Of a stretch of DNA of 64,000 nt, positions 25,536 to 35,106 are shown piece after piece. Position 1 is the first letter of the stretch. Each line of letters begins with the position of its first letter. The notes below the pieces were generated by a model, which made no database searches, was not told the origin of the DNA, and worked only from the letters and a program-made list of their open reading frames with translations. Source of the DNA: Chloroflexota bacterium. Its GTDB lineage: Bacteria; Chloroflexota; Dormibacteria; CF-121. Location of the stretch: NCBI GenBank assembly GCA_005889345.1, contig VBFR01000184.1, positions 9,784 through 73,783 of the forward strand, given 5' to 3'. The translations under genes and the position numbers were made by a program.

Positions 25536-25891
25536 GACCCGCTCGCATCCACGACGCAGAAGCGGTTGCCTTCGGGATCGGCAAGGATGACGTAGTCCGC
25601 ATCGGGCGGTCGTTTGCTCCAGTGGACCTCACTGGCACCCAGCCCTTTCAAGCGCTCGACCTCGCGCTCCGGGTCCTTTGCATACAGGTCGAGGTGGATC
25701 CGAGGCGGGATTTGCAGAGTCGAGTGGACGCGGTCGAGGGAGATATTCGGGCCGGGGCCATTCCTTGGTCGCAGTAGCGCGAAATCATCGCCATCGCCGT
25801 CCCGGGGCACGTAGTCGAGGGCCGCTTCCCAGAACGCACGCTGGCGGGGCAGGTCGTCGACGCGCAGCACGATCGAGCCGATGCAAATCAT
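25532..25891 (-). CDS. VOC/glyoxalase-family protein
   Basis: Contains IGSIVLRVDDL.R...FW...L.Y...HLDL...D.E.EV.RL..LGA...ADPEGNRFCV. An internal Met was chosen because the track start 25969 would run into the divergent promoter region. Confidence 0.75.
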   Translation of the reverse strand: MICIGSIVLRVDDLPRQRAFWEAALDYVPRDGDGDDFALLRPRNGPGPNISLDRVHSTLQIPPRIHLDLYAKDPEREVERLKGLGASEVHWSKRPPDADYVILADPEGNRFCVVDASGS

Positions 25892-25987
25892 CCATGTCAA
25901 TCTACACGGCTGCGCTAACGGCGCGCTAACCCGTGGATTTTGGAGGTTTAATATCTGGAAACCCCGCAAATGCTAGAGTCTAGGGCA

Positions 25988-26386
25988 ATGGCTTCCTACA
26001 AGATCGGCGAGGTTGCCGAGCTGCTCGGCGTTAGCGTCGACAGTGTTCGTCGTCTGACCGACAGTGGCCGGCTGACTACGGTGCGGACGGCCGGTGGCCA
26101 GCGAGTTGTCGATGGGCGCCAGCTGGCGCGCTTCATGGCGGCGGCCCCGGCGGACCTGAAACCGGAGACCACTATCGGGCGATCTGCGCGCAATCACTTT
26201 CCGGGCATCGTGACCCGCGTCGTCAAAGACCGCGTCATGGCGCAAGTCGAGATTCAGGCGGGTTCGCACCGGCTCGTGTCGCTGATTTCTCGGGAGGCGG
26301 CCGACGAGCTCGGCCTCGCCCCCGGCGTTCGCGCCGTGGCGGTGGTCAAGGCAACGAATGTGATCGTCGAGCTGGCTGCGCGCTGA
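25988..26386 (+). CDS. MerR/excisionase-type HTH + TOBE (Mop) domain protein, probable molybdate-responsive regulator
   Basis: YKIGEVAELLGVSVDSVRRLTDSGRL is the HTH. RNHFPGIVTRVVKDRVMAQVEIQAG...VVKATNVIV is the TOBE/molybdate-binding fold. It lies immediately upstream of modABC. Confidence 0.8.
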   Translation: MASYKIGEVAELLGVSVDSVRRLTDSGRLTTVRTAGGQRVVDGRQLARFMAAAPADLKPETTIGRSARNHFPGIVTRVVKDRVMAQVEIQAGSHRLVSLISREAADELGLAPGVRAVAVVKATNVIVELAAR

Positions 26387-26387
26387 T

Positions 26388-27167
26388 GTGCTGATGCGCG
26401 CGCGAGTCGCGGCCGCATTGTTCATCGTCGTTACCTTGGGCGTTGCCAGCGCGTGCGGCCCTACAGGACCGGTGAGCGCCAGCCAGTCCGGGCCCAGCGG
26501 GACCCTCACGGTATTTGCCGCTTCCTCGCTGAACGCCGCGTTCACCACGATTGGCGCCGATTTCGAAAAGCGCCACCCGGGGACGATGGTGAGGTTCAGC
26601 TTTGCCGGGTCATCCTCCCTGGCCGCGCAGATCCAACAAGGCGCGCTGGGCGACGTCTTCGCCTCCGCGGATCAACCGAACATGCAAAAGCTCATTCAGG
26701 CCGGGCTCACGGCGGAATCACCGATTGTGTTCGCTCGTAACGATCTCGAGATCGTGGTAGGGAAGGGGAACCCGAAACATATCACCTCGCTTGCCGACCT
26801 GGCTCGCTCGGGGCTGGTGGTCGTGCTCTGCGCGCCGGCGGTTCCGTGCGGGCACTACGCGGCCCAAACGTTGCAGAAGGCCGGGGTGAGGGTTACGCCC
26901 GCCAGCCAGGAGGCTGATGTGAAGTCCGTCCTCAGCAAGGTGGCGCTGGGCGAGGCGGACGCTGGCATCGTTTACATCACGGACGTGAAGGCCGCCGGCG
27001 ATGCGCTTGAGGGCGTCGCCATTCCAGCGGTGCTCAACGTGGTGGCGGAGTATCCGATCGTCATCCTCAAGGATTCGCAGAACAGGGCGCTGGCCAGGGC
27101 GTTCGTCAGCTACGTCCTCAGCGAAGGCCGGCAGACACTTGCCCGGTATGGCTTTACCAACCCGTAG
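26388..27167 (+). CDS. modA: Molybdate ABC transporter substrate-binding protein
   Basis: Signal/lipobox-like LGVASAC, then LTVFAASSL...F.....G..V.FSFAGSS.L..QI..GA..DVFASAD and DAGIVY.TD. Confidence 0.9.
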   Translation: MLMRARVAAALFIVVTLGVASACGPTGPVSASQSGPSGTLTVFAASSLNAAFTTIGADFEKRHPGTMVRFSFAGSSSLAAQIQQGALGDVFASADQPNMQKLIQAGLTAESPIVFARNDLEIVVGKGNPKHITSLADLARSGLVVVLCAPAVPCGHYAAQTLQKAGVRVTPASQEADVKSVLSKVALGEADAGIVYITDVKAAGDALEGVAIPAVLNVVAEYPIVILKDSQNRALARAFVSYVLSEGRQTLARYGFTNP

Positions 27168-27960
27168 TCGTCGCACGCCGCGACCCTCGGCGCCGCTGCC
27201 GATCGTCATCCTGGCGAGTGCAGGTGCTGCATTCTTCATCATCCCGCTGCTCGGCTTGCTGCTCCGCACGCCCTGGACGTCCGCCTGGCAGCAATTGGGC
27301 TCACCCGAGGTGCTTACGGCTTTGCGATTGTCGTTGCTGGCGTCGCTCTCCGCGACGGCGATCGCGCTCATCCTCGGCGTGCCACTCGCCTGGAGCTTTG
27401 CGAGACTCACTTTCCCGGGTCGGTCGGTGTTGCGCGCCCTCACGGTGTTGCCCATGGTGCTTCCCCCGGTGGTAGGCGGCGTCGCGCTGCTGCTCGCCTT
27501 CGGCCGCCGAGGCCTTCTCGGAGGCTGGCTGGCGACGACCCTGGGGGTGCATCTACCGTTCACGACGGCCGGCGCCATCATGGCGGAGACGTTCGTCGCG
27601 ATGCCGTTTCTGGTGATCACCGTCGAGGCTGGGCTCCGCTCCATGGACACGCGGTTCGAGGACGCAGCCCGTACCCTCGGCGCCAGTCGGTGGACGGTTC
27701 TCTGGAGGGTAACCCTCCCGCTGGTCCGCCCCTCCCTCATCGCCGGGGCGGTGCTCTGCTGGGCCCGAGCACTGGGTGAGTTCGGCGCGACGATCACGTT
27801 TGCGGGGAATTTCCCCGGCCGGACGCAAACGATGCCGCTGGCCGTCTACCTGGCACTGGAGAGCAACCCGGAGGCGGCGATCGTCCTCAGTCTCGTCCTG
27901 CTCGCGGTATCGCTGGCGGTCCTCATCGGACTTCGCGATCGCTGGCTGGGTGCGTCGTGA
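27148..27960 (+). CDS. modB: Molybdate ABC transporter permease
   Basis: Internal ATG of track ORF 27001..27960. Contains the EAA-loop region FEDAARTLGASRWTVLWRVTLPL and TITFAGNFPGRTQTMPLAVY. Confidence 0.9.
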   Translation: MALPTRSRRTPRPSAPLPIVILASAGAAFFIIPLLGLLLRTPWTSAWQQLGSPEVLTALRLSLLASLSATAIALILGVPLAWSFARLTFPGRSVLRALTVLPMVLPPVVGGVALLLAFGRRGLLGGWLATTLGVHLPFTTAGAIMAETFVAMPFLVITVEAGLRSMDTRFEDAARTLGASRWTVLWRVTLPLVRPSLIAGAVLCWARALGEFGATITFAGNFPGRTQTMPLAVYLALESNPEAAIVLSLVLLAVSLAVLIGLRDRWLGAS

Positions 27961-29009
27961 CGCTCGAGGCGCGCGTCCTGGCCGACGTTAGTGCCTTTGA
28001 GCTCGACGTGGAGTTGGCGGTTGGCGCCGGAGAATTGGTCGCCGTGCTGGGGCCGAACGGGGCGGGCAAGACTTCACTGCTGCGAGCGCTCGCCGGTCTC
28101 CTCCCGTTGCGCTCTGGGCGCGTCACGCTGGACGGGGTCGTCCTGGAAGATCCGGCGGCCGGGATACGCCTGCCGTCCGAGCGACGGCCGATCGGTCTCG
28201 TCTTCCAGGACTATCTGCTGTTTCCGCATCTATCCGTCCGCGAGAACGTCGCCTTTGGCCTGCGAGCTCGTGGCATGGCGCGTGTAGTCGCGATGGGCGA
28301 GGCCGGCCGCTGGCTGGAGCGGGTTGGCATGCCCGCAGAAGGGGACCGGAAGCCCGCGTCGCTGTCGGGTGGGCAGGCGCAGCGCGTCGCGCTGGCTCGA
28401 GTGCTCGCGACCAACCCTGCCCTCTTGTTGCTTGACGAGCCGATGGCAGCGTTGGATGCCAGCACCAGGGTCGCGTTCCGCCGCGATCTTCGCCAGCACC
28501 TCGAGTCGTTTCGGGGCGTTCGCCTGCTGGTGACGCATGACCCGCTGGAGGCGATGGCGATGGCCGACCGGCTGATTATCCTGGAACACGGACGCATGCT
28601 GCAATCGGGCACGCCCGCGGACGTCACCCAGCATCCTCGATCGCGATACGTCGCCGACCTCGTTGGCGTCAACCTCTTTCGGGGACGGGCCAGCCACGAC
28701 GTCATCACCCTGGCCGACGGAGGATCGCTCACCGCTGCGGGAGCAGCAGACGGCGATGTCTTTGCCGTCGTGCATCCGCGCACCGTCGCGCTCTATCGCA
28801 CCCGTCCCGATGGCACGCCGCGAAATGTGTGGGAAGGCCGTGCCATTGACCTGGATTCCGAAGGCGATCGCGTGCGTGTGCGCCTCGCCGGCTCGCCCTC
28901 GATCGTGGCAGAAGTAACGCCGGCGGCGGTGCGCGACCTCGGCCTCGATCGCGGCGACCGCGTTTGGATCGGGGTCAAGGCGACCGAGATCAACGTGTAT
29001 CCGGCGTAG
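27957..29009 (+). CDS. modC: Molybdate ABC transporter ATP-binding protein with C-terminal TOBE domain
   Basis: GTGA overlap with modB. Walker A GPNGAGKT, signature LSGGQAQRVALAR, Walker B LLLDEP, and a C-terminal TOBE-like beta domain. Confidence 0.92.
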   Translation: MTLEARVLADVSAFELDVELAVGAGELVAVLGPNGAGKTSLLRALAGLLPLRSGRVTLDGVVLEDPAAGIRLPSERRPIGLVFQDYLLFPHLSVRENVAFGLRARGMARVVAMGEAGRWLERVGMPAEGDRKPASLSGGQAQRVALARVLATNPALLLLDEPMAALDASTRVAFRRDLRQHLESFRGVRLLVTHDPLEAMAMADRLIILEHGRMLQSGTPADVTQHPRSRYVADLVGVNLFRGRASHDVITLADGGSLTAAGAADGDVFAVVHPRTVALYRTRPDGTPRNVWEGRAIDLDSEGDRVRVRLAGSPSIVAEVTPAAVRDLGLDRGDRVWIGVKATEINVYPA

Positions 29010-29024
29010 CCGTACAGTCAGTCC

Positions 29025-29546
29025 GTGGGCCCGTTCATGACGCTGACCCGCCACACCCTGGTGGATTTGGGTGCGCCGTGGGACCCGCAGGCGATCATGC
29101 GCCAGTACTACGCCGACCCGGAAGGCCCACTCGAATTGCCGGCGGAGGCCTTATCGACGCTCGTCAGCAGCGGTGGAGTCCTGCGCGTGGACGCCAAGCG
29201 CAGGTGGATGGGGTCGCTGCATGCCGACGCGCGTCTTGCGCTTCTCAGCGAGCGCCAGATCGACCTCGACCTCAAGGGGACGCTCTCGTTGAGTTGGTGG
29301 TTGCATTGCGTTGCGCTCCCGTTTCGAAGGCGCATCGGCAGGTTCGTCGAAGCCAAGCTCGACGAGGTCATCGAGGAGTTGAAGAAGGAGGCCCTGGTGC
29401 CACCGACAACGGAGGCGGTGCCAGAGCAGGTCCCCAAGCTGGTCGCGGCAGCACCCGAGGCGCCCCTAAAACACTTCGAGGTGCGCTTTGAGGTCTTGAG
29501 CCTCGATGGTCGAAGCCTCTATCAACATACTGAGGGCTTGTTATGA
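29025..29546 (+). CDS. Hypothetical protein (173 aa)
   Basis: ORF track only. It starts 15 nt after modC. No motif recognised. Confidence 0.45.
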   Translation: MGPFMTLTRHTLVDLGAPWDPQAIMRQYYADPEGPLELPAEALSTLVSSGGVLRVDAKRRWMGSLHADARLALLSERQIDLDLKGTLSLSWWLHCVALPFRRRIGRFVEAKLDEVIEELKKEALVPPTTEAVPEQVPKLVAAAPEAPLKHFEVRFEVLSLDGRSLYQHTEGLL

Positions 29547-29897
29547 GGCTCCTGGCGTTCCGTAGAGGGACTCGTACGCGTCACGTGAGGTCTCTGACTG
29601 CGTGGTTCCATGAACGATTGCGCTCTGTCGAGTGGCTCGATCGATGGCGATCGTCGTCCAACCGGTCCCACCTTCGTCGCTCAAGTGGATGAGCAATGTG
29701 TACGAGTCGTGCTCGACGCGTAGGCGGTGGGAAGGGTTCGCCTCCTCGTGAAGGCCTCGAGCGGCTCTGCCCTGGAAGGAATCGTCAGCCACAAAGGACG
29801 TCCATCGGCTTCCGCGCTTTGGAGGACGAGCAGGCTTGTTGGCAGGCATCGAATCAGATTGCCACACGAACAGCATTGCCTTCTGGCAGGGGCGCAT
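29541..29897 (-). CDS. Hypothetical protein (up to 118 aa)
   Basis: ORF track only. TAA stop, with more A/T-ending codons than neighbouring genes. No motif recognised. A likely alternative start is the Met at 29849. Confidence 0.4.
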   Translation of the reverse strand: MRPCQKAMLFVWQSDSMPANKPARPPKRGSRWTSFVADDSFQGRAARGLHEEANPSHRLRVEHDSYTLLIHLSDEGGTGWTTIAIDRATRQSAIVHGTTQSETSRDAYESLYGTPGAS

Positions 29898-29987
29898 GCT
29901 CTAATACTGGGCGTGACCCGCGCCGTGGTCCATGCTTACGTTTCTGCTGGGCGCGAAAGCCCAGCCATGCCTATCCCTACCTAGCCT

Positions 29988-32900
29988 GTGTACCTGAAGT
30001 CGCTGCAGCTGCAGGGGTTCAAGACCTTTGCGCGCCGCACCGAGTTGCCCTTCAGCCGTGGCATCACGGCCATCGTCGGTCCCAACGGCAGCGGTAAATC
30101 GAACCTGGTCGACGCGATCCGGTGGGCGCTTGGTGAGCGTAATGCGCGCGGCCTGCGCGGCCAGCGGATGGAGGACGTGATCTACTCCGGAGGTCCCGGC
30201 AAATCGGCCGTCGGCATGGCCGAGGTATTGCTGACGATCGACAACGCCGACCAGCGGCTCAATGTCGAGTTCAATGAAATCGAGGTCGCCCGCCGCCTCT
30301 ATCGCTCGGGTGAGAGCGAGTACTTGATCAATGGGGCGCGCGCGCGCTTGAAAGACATCGATGCGCTGCTGGCCAGTACCGGCTTACGGCAGGACGGCTA
30401 TGCCGTGACGGCGCAGAACGACATCGACTTCGTCATTCAGGCCGCGCCGGCGCTTCGCCGCGAGCTGATCGAGGAAGCGGCTGGCGTCCGGCGTCTGCGT
30501 GACCAGCGTCAGGAGGCGATCAACCGCCTGGCCGAGGCGGATCGCGACATGCGCCGCGCGCGCGACATTCTCAATGAGCTCAGTCCTCGCGCCGAGGAGC
30601 TCCGGGTGCAGGCCGCCTCGGCCGAGGAGTACCGGAAAGTTGCGGACGCGCTGAAGGCGATGCAAGGCAGCCTGGCCCGCGACGGCTGGCGCAAAGCGAT
30701 GGTCCAGTTACGCAAGGCGCTCGCCCGGCAGCAAGCGGCAGACCATAAGCGGGCGGCGGCCGCGCAAACCGTCGCTGAGTTCGAACCGCTGTACGCGGAG
30801 CACCGCGCGGCGCTGCTCGGCGCGCGCGAGGCGCGCTGGCGCCACCAGGAAGCGGTCGCCGAGCTGCGGCTCCGGCTTGCCGAGAGCCAGCACCAGGCAC
30901 GTATCGCGCAGGAGCGCAACGCGGCGGCGGCTCAGGCGCTCGAGGTGTTGCAGGGCGAGCTCGAACGGCTCAACGCCTCGGAGCAAGCCGGAAGCCGCGT
31001 CGTTGATGAGCTGGCCCATGCGGCCGAGAGCGCCCGGGTCGAGCTGCAGGCGGCAAATCTCGCACTCGAGGCCGCCGCCGAAGCCGAGCATGGCGCGCGC
31101 GAAACGCAGGCCACTCTCGAGGCGGATCGACTCGCTCGCCAGCAACAGCGTCACGAGCAAGAGCGCGAGAGCGCATCGATCGAGGCCGAACTCCGCCAGC
31201 TGGAAGGCCGCCGTCAATTTCTCACGGAGCAGCAACAGCAAGCGCGCACCCAATTGGAGACATGGTCGCTGCGCAACGGCTCCTTGAGTGACGAATTCGA
31301 TCGGCGGACGCGCAGCGCGCAGACGGCGAAGGGGGAGCTCGAGGCCGTCAGCGAATCGGCCGGCATCGTCGAGCAACGCCTGGTCGAGGCGGAAGCGTCG
31401 CTCGAAGCGGCGCGTAAGGGGATCGTGGAACACGAGGCGGCGCTGCGCGCCCTCGAGGCAGAACTTGGAGCCCTGCGGACCCTGCTCGACGGCGCGCAGC
31501 GCCGCGGACCGCTGCGGATTGACCGCCATTGGGAACGCCTCCTCGAGCTGATCGAGGTCGAACCGGAGCATCGCGCTGCTGTCGAGGCCGCCCTCGAAGG
31601 CTGGTTGCACGGTTGGGTGGCACCGGGTCGCGAGGGCATCGCCAGCGCCGCGGCGGCGGTCGCCGCCGCCGAAGATGCGCGAGAGACCCTGCTGTACGCG
31701 CCGTCGGACGCATCGACGTTGCCGGCGCCCGACGGGCTGGTGTCCGTCATCGACCTGGTGCAGGCGCCCGATCCTGCGCGTGGCCTTGTGGCGCACCTGC
31801 TCGACGGCGTCGTGCTGGTGGCGGACAGGTCAGAGGCGGCTCGCATCGTTGAGCAGCATCGGGATCTGCGGGCAGTCACGCCCGCCGGAGAGATCATCAC
31901 CGCCGTTTCCTATCGAGGCGGAAAAGCCGCGGACCCAGTGCTCGAGGTCCAGGCCAGAATCCGCGACGCCGAACAGGCGCTGGATCGCGAGCGCCAGGCC
32001 GCGCTTTCGGCTGCCGACGAGGTGGAACGCCTCGCCCACGCCCGCGCCGAGGTCGTCGGCCAGCGGCAGGAGCTTCTCGCCGGGGTCGACCGAGCACGAA
32101 CCGCCGCGGCCCAGGCGGCCGGAGCGCTGGCCGCCGCGACCGAAGCGGTCCAGCGTGAGGCGCCGCAGGAAGCGCAACTCCGCCAGCAGTTGATCCGGGT
32201 CGGTGGGCTGCTCGGGCAGGCTGAGCAGTTGCAGGTCGAAACCCTGGACCGCCAGCGCGCGCTCGCCGATGCTGACCTGACCGCTGAACGGGAGCTTGCC
32301 GCGCTCGAGCCGCGCGTCCAGGAAGCGGCGTCCGCCCTCCGGCAACTGGTGGAGCGTCGGCAGGAGGCCGAGCTCCGCGCCGCGCTGGCGCGTCAGCGGT
32401 CGGATGACCTGGCTCGCCAGCTGGAGCGAGCTCAGCAGGTGCTTCGCGCCCACGGCGATGATTTGGCGCAGCGTCGCGCGGCCGAGGCGGAGCTCGCGGT
32501 TCAGCCGGCGCTCATCAATGAGGAACGCCGGCAGTGGACAGAGACTTCGGACAGCCTGAGCGCGGAGCTTGGCGCCCTTGAGTCCGCCCAGTTACCAGAT
32601 GGGGAAACGCTCACAGCGTTGGAGGCGCAGCTCCGCGGCGACGAACAACGCAATGTCACGCTGCAAGTCGAGCTCGCTCACGCGGACGATGCCTGGAGCG
32701 CCGCGGTCGCCGACCGCGAGGCCGCGCAGGCCGAGGTCGATCGCTGCACCCAAGCGCTCCGCGAGGGCGGTCAGGAAATCGAAGATGACACCGTGATGAT
32801 CGAAGAGGTCGACTGGCAAAAGACCGAGCGGGAGGTCTCGCGTTTGCAGCGGCGCCTCGATGCGATGGGCGCCGTCAACCTGCTCGCGCCGGAGGAGTAC

Positions 32901-33503
32901 GCGCAGGTGCGCGACCGCTGCGAAAGCCTCGCCGCCCAGTTGGGCGATCTGGAAGCTGCGTCGGCGCAACTCAACGAGCTCCGGCAACGGCTCGAAGACG
33001 AAATCGATACCCGCTTCCGAACCGTCTTCCAGTCGGTGGCGATCAACTTCCAAGAATTCTTCGGCGAGCTGTTCGAAGGCGGCCGCGCCACGCTACGCGT
33101 CGAGCCGCAGGAGGAAGAAGGCAACCCGCTCGACGATGGTGTCGAGATCCTGGCGCAGACCCCCGGCAAACGGCTGCAGCCGCTCACCCTCCTCTCCGGC
33201 GGCGAGCGGGCACTGACCGCGCTGGCGTTTCTCTTTGCCCTGCAGGCCGTTAATCCCAGTCCGTTTTACGTGCTCGACGAGGTCGACGCGGCGCTTGATG
33301 ACGCTAACGTCGTCCGCTTCAACCGGGTACTGAAACGCCTTTCGGCGGACCAGCAATTCCTGATCGTCACCCACAACCACTCCACGATGGCGCAGGCCGA
33401 GGTGCTTTACGGCGTGACCCTCGGCGAGCATGGAATCTCGCGCATGGTGTCGGTCCGATTGCACCAGGACGCGTTGGTCCCGGTCGGTGAACGCTCCGCC
33501 TAA
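29988..33503 (+). CDS. smc: Chromosome partition protein Smc
   Basis: GTG start. Contains FKTFA...IVGPNGSGKSN (Walker A), long coiled coils, a hinge, then LSGGERALTALAFLFAL and FYVLDEVDAALD. Confidence 0.96.
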   Translation: MYLKSLQLQGFKTFARRTELPFSRGITAIVGPNGSGKSNLVDAIRWALGERNARGLRGQRMEDVIYSGGPGKSAVGMAEVLLTIDNADQRLNVEFNEIEVARRLYRSGESEYLINGARARLKDIDALLASTGLRQDGYAVTAQNDIDFVIQAAPALRRELIEEAAGVRRLRDQRQEAINRLAEADRDMRRARDILNELSPRAEELRVQAASAEEYRKVADALKAMQGSLARDGWRKAMVQLRKALARQQAADHKRAAAAQTVAEFEPLYAEHRAALLGAREARWRHQEAVAELRLRLAESQHQARIAQERNAAAAQALEVLQGELERLNASEQAGSRVVDELAHAAESARVELQAANLALEAAAEAEHGARETQATLEADRLARQQQRHEQERESASIEAELRQLEGRRQFLTEQQQQARTQLETWSLRNGSLSDEFDRRTRSAQTAKGELEAVSESAGIVEQRLVEAEASLEAARKGIVEHEAALRALEAELGALRTLLDGAQRRGPLRIDRHWERLLELIEVEPEHRAAVEAALEGWLHGWVAPGREGIASAAAAVAAAEDARETLLYAPSDASTLPAPDGLVSVIDLVQAPDPARGLVAHLLDGVVLVADRSEAARIVEQHRDLRAVTPAGEIITAVSYRGGKAADPVLEVQARIRDAEQALDRERQAALSAADEVERLAHARAEVVGQRQELLAGVDRARTAAAQAAGALAAATEAVQREAPQEAQLRQQLIRVGGLLGQAEQLQVETLDRQRALADADLTAERELAALEPRVQEAASALRQLVERRQEAELRAALARQRSDDLARQLERAQQVLRAHGDDLAQRRAAEAELAVQPALINEERRQWTETSDSLSAELGALESAQLPDGETLTALEAQLRGDEQRNVTLQVELAHADDAWSAAVADREAAQAEVDRCTQALREGGQEIEDDTVMIEEVDWQKTEREVSRLQRRLDAMGAVNLLAPEEYAQVRDRCESLAAQLGDLEAASAQLNELRQRLEDEIDTRFRTVFQSVAINFQEFFGELFEGGRATLRVEPQEEEGNPLDDGVEILAQTPGKRLQPLTLLSGGERALTALAFLFALQAVNPSPFYVLDEVDAALDDANVVRFNRVLKRLSADQQFLIVTHNHSTMAQAEVLYGVTLGEHGISRMVSVRLHQDALVPVGERSA

Positions 33504-34452
33504 TCCAGATGAGACGGCGCCCGGCGAGCGCCAGGGATTCTGGAAACGATTTTCGAAGACACTCGAGTCCGGTCGTCAGAGCTACGTCGCCGACCTCAAG
33601 GAGGTCTTCGGCCGCCCGGCCCTGGATGCCGCGTTCTGGGACGACCTCGAGGCCACCCTGATCGCCGCCGATGCCGGCGTGCCAACCAGCGAGCGGGTCG
33701 TGGCCGATCTGCGGCGGCAGGCGGCCGGCGCGCACCTGCGCTCGCCGGCTGACGCGCTGCGCTATCTCAAGGCCGACCTTGCCCGAGAGATGCAGGGCCG
33801 GCCGCGCGCGCTCAACCTCGAGGGCGCCCCGGCCGTCGTGCTCGTACTGGGTGTCAACGGATCGGGCAAGACGACGACGATCGGAAAGCTCGCCTACCTC
33901 CTGCGGCGTGAGGGCTCTCGCCCGCTGCTGGCCGCCGGCGACACGTTTCGGGCCGCGGCCATCGACCAGCTCCGCCTCTGGGGAGAACGGGCGGGGGTCG
34001 AGGTAGTGGCCCACCAATCAGGCTCCGACCCGGGCGCGGTTGCCTTCGATGCCGTCCAGGCGGCACGCGCGCGGGGCGCGAGTCCCGTGATCATCGATAC
34101 CGCCGGCCGGCTCCACACGCGAAGCGACCTGATGGAGGAGTTGCGGAAAGTTCGCCGCGTCCTGGAGCGGCTCGATCCAAAGTCCCCGCAGGAGGTGCTC
34201 GCCGTGCTCGACGCGCACGTCGGGCAGAATTCCGCGCAACAGGTGAAGGTGTTCCAGGAGGCGATCGGCTTGACCGGGCTGGCCCTCACGAAAATGGACG
34301 GCAGCGCCCGGGCGGGCGTTGTGCTTAGTATCGAGGCGGAGCTCTCCGTGCCGGTGAAATTGGTCGGCATCGGCGAGGGCCTCGACGACCTGAACCGATT
34401 CGATCCCGGGCAGTACCTGGACGCGCTACTGCGGATGGAGGAGGCAGGATGA
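33487..34452 (+). CDS. ftsY: Signal recognition particle receptor FtsY
   Basis: Contains GVNGSGKTTTIGKLA, DTFRAAAIDQL, DTAGRLH and LTKMDGSARAG. The start is uncertain: GTG 33487 is given, while the track ATG 33430 overlaps smc by 74 nt. Confidence 0.93.
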   Translation: MNAPPNPDETAPGERQGFWKRFSKTLESGRQSYVADLKEVFGRPALDAAFWDDLEATLIAADAGVPTSERVVADLRRQAAGAHLRSPADALRYLKADLAREMQGRPRALNLEGAPAVVLVLGVNGSGKTTTIGKLAYLLRREGSRPLLAAGDTFRAAAIDQLRLWGERAGVEVVAHQSGSDPGAVAFDAVQAARARGASPVIIDTAGRLHTRSDLMEELRKVRRVLERLDPKSPQEVLAVLDAHVGQNSAQQVKVFQEAIGLTGLALTKMDGSARAGVVLSIEAELSVPVKLVGIGEGLDDLNRFDPGQYLDALLRMEEAG

Positions 34453-34709
34453 ACCCCGAAGAGAACAAAGCGTTCACCAAGCTCGTGACGGCGAACGGAC
34501 TTACGGAGGCGGACGTCTGGAAGGCGGTCCTGGAAGCCTCCGGCATCCAGGTCTTTCTGCGGCACGAGGCGATGGCGGCTGTCATCCCCGAAACGGCAGG
34601 GGAGATCGCGGCGGTCGACCTCTGGGTCCCGCGGGATCAGGCGGCGGAGGCCTTGCAAATCCTGCAAGACGAGCGGGTCGAGCCCGCCGACGAGGACGAA
34701 CCGCTCTGA
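34449..34709 (+). CDS. DUF2007 domain protein (putative signal-transducing protein)
   Basis: ATGA overlap with ftsY. A small alpha/beta protein with the pattern LV.....EA.....LE..GI. Confidence 0.65.
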   Translation: MNPEENKAFTKLVTANGLTEADVWKAVLEASGIQVFLRHEAMAAVIPETAGEIAAVDLWVPRDQAAEALQILQDERVEPADEDEPL

Positions 34710-34837
34710 CCCTCATCATCCTCGCCGTGGTCGCCGGCATGATCGGCCTGGTCGCGCTGGCGGCGGTCGTGCTCGGCATGCTCTGGCTGGTGCAATTCGT
34801 GCTGCGCAACGAGGAGAAGGGCGCCCAGGGCCGCTGA
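34706..34837 (+). CDS. Possible 43-aa single-pass membrane peptide
   Basis: Not in the track. Sequence (L/M)TLIILAVVAGMIGLVALAAVVLGMLWLVQFVLRNEEKGAQGR. Almost every third position is G/C. CTG 34706 overlaps the upstream TGA (CTGA). An alternative GTG start lies at 34727. Confidence 0.45.
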   Translation: MTLIILAVVAGMIGLVALAAVVLGMLWLVQFVLRNEEKGAQGR

Positions 34838-34863
34838 GGGACGCCGTATACTGTCAAGGCTAA

Positions 34864-35106
34864 ATGCTTGACAGTACCCGACGCCGCCAGCGCCAGCTGC
34901 GCCTCCTCGACCTCTACGGCTCGCTGCTGACCGACCATCAGCGCCGCATCCTGCACTTCGCCTGGGAGCTCGACTGGTCCTACGGCGAAATCGCACAGCG
35001 GGAAGGTGTCTCGCGGACCGCCGTCTACGACGTCGTGCGGCGGACGACGTCGAACCTCGACGGCTACGAGCGCAAGCTCGGCCTTGAACGGGCCCAGCGT
35101 GTTTGA
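34864..35106 (+). CDS. ylxM: YlxM/p13-like HTH protein (UPF0122) preceding ffh
   Basis: Contains LLDLYGSLLTDHQRRILHFAWELDWSYGEIAQREGVSRTAVYD, in the conserved position upstream of ffh. Confidence 0.88.
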   Translation: MLDSTRRRQRQLRLLDLYGSLLTDHQRRILHFAWELDWSYGEIAQREGVSRTAVYDVVRRTTSNLDGYERKLGLERAQRV

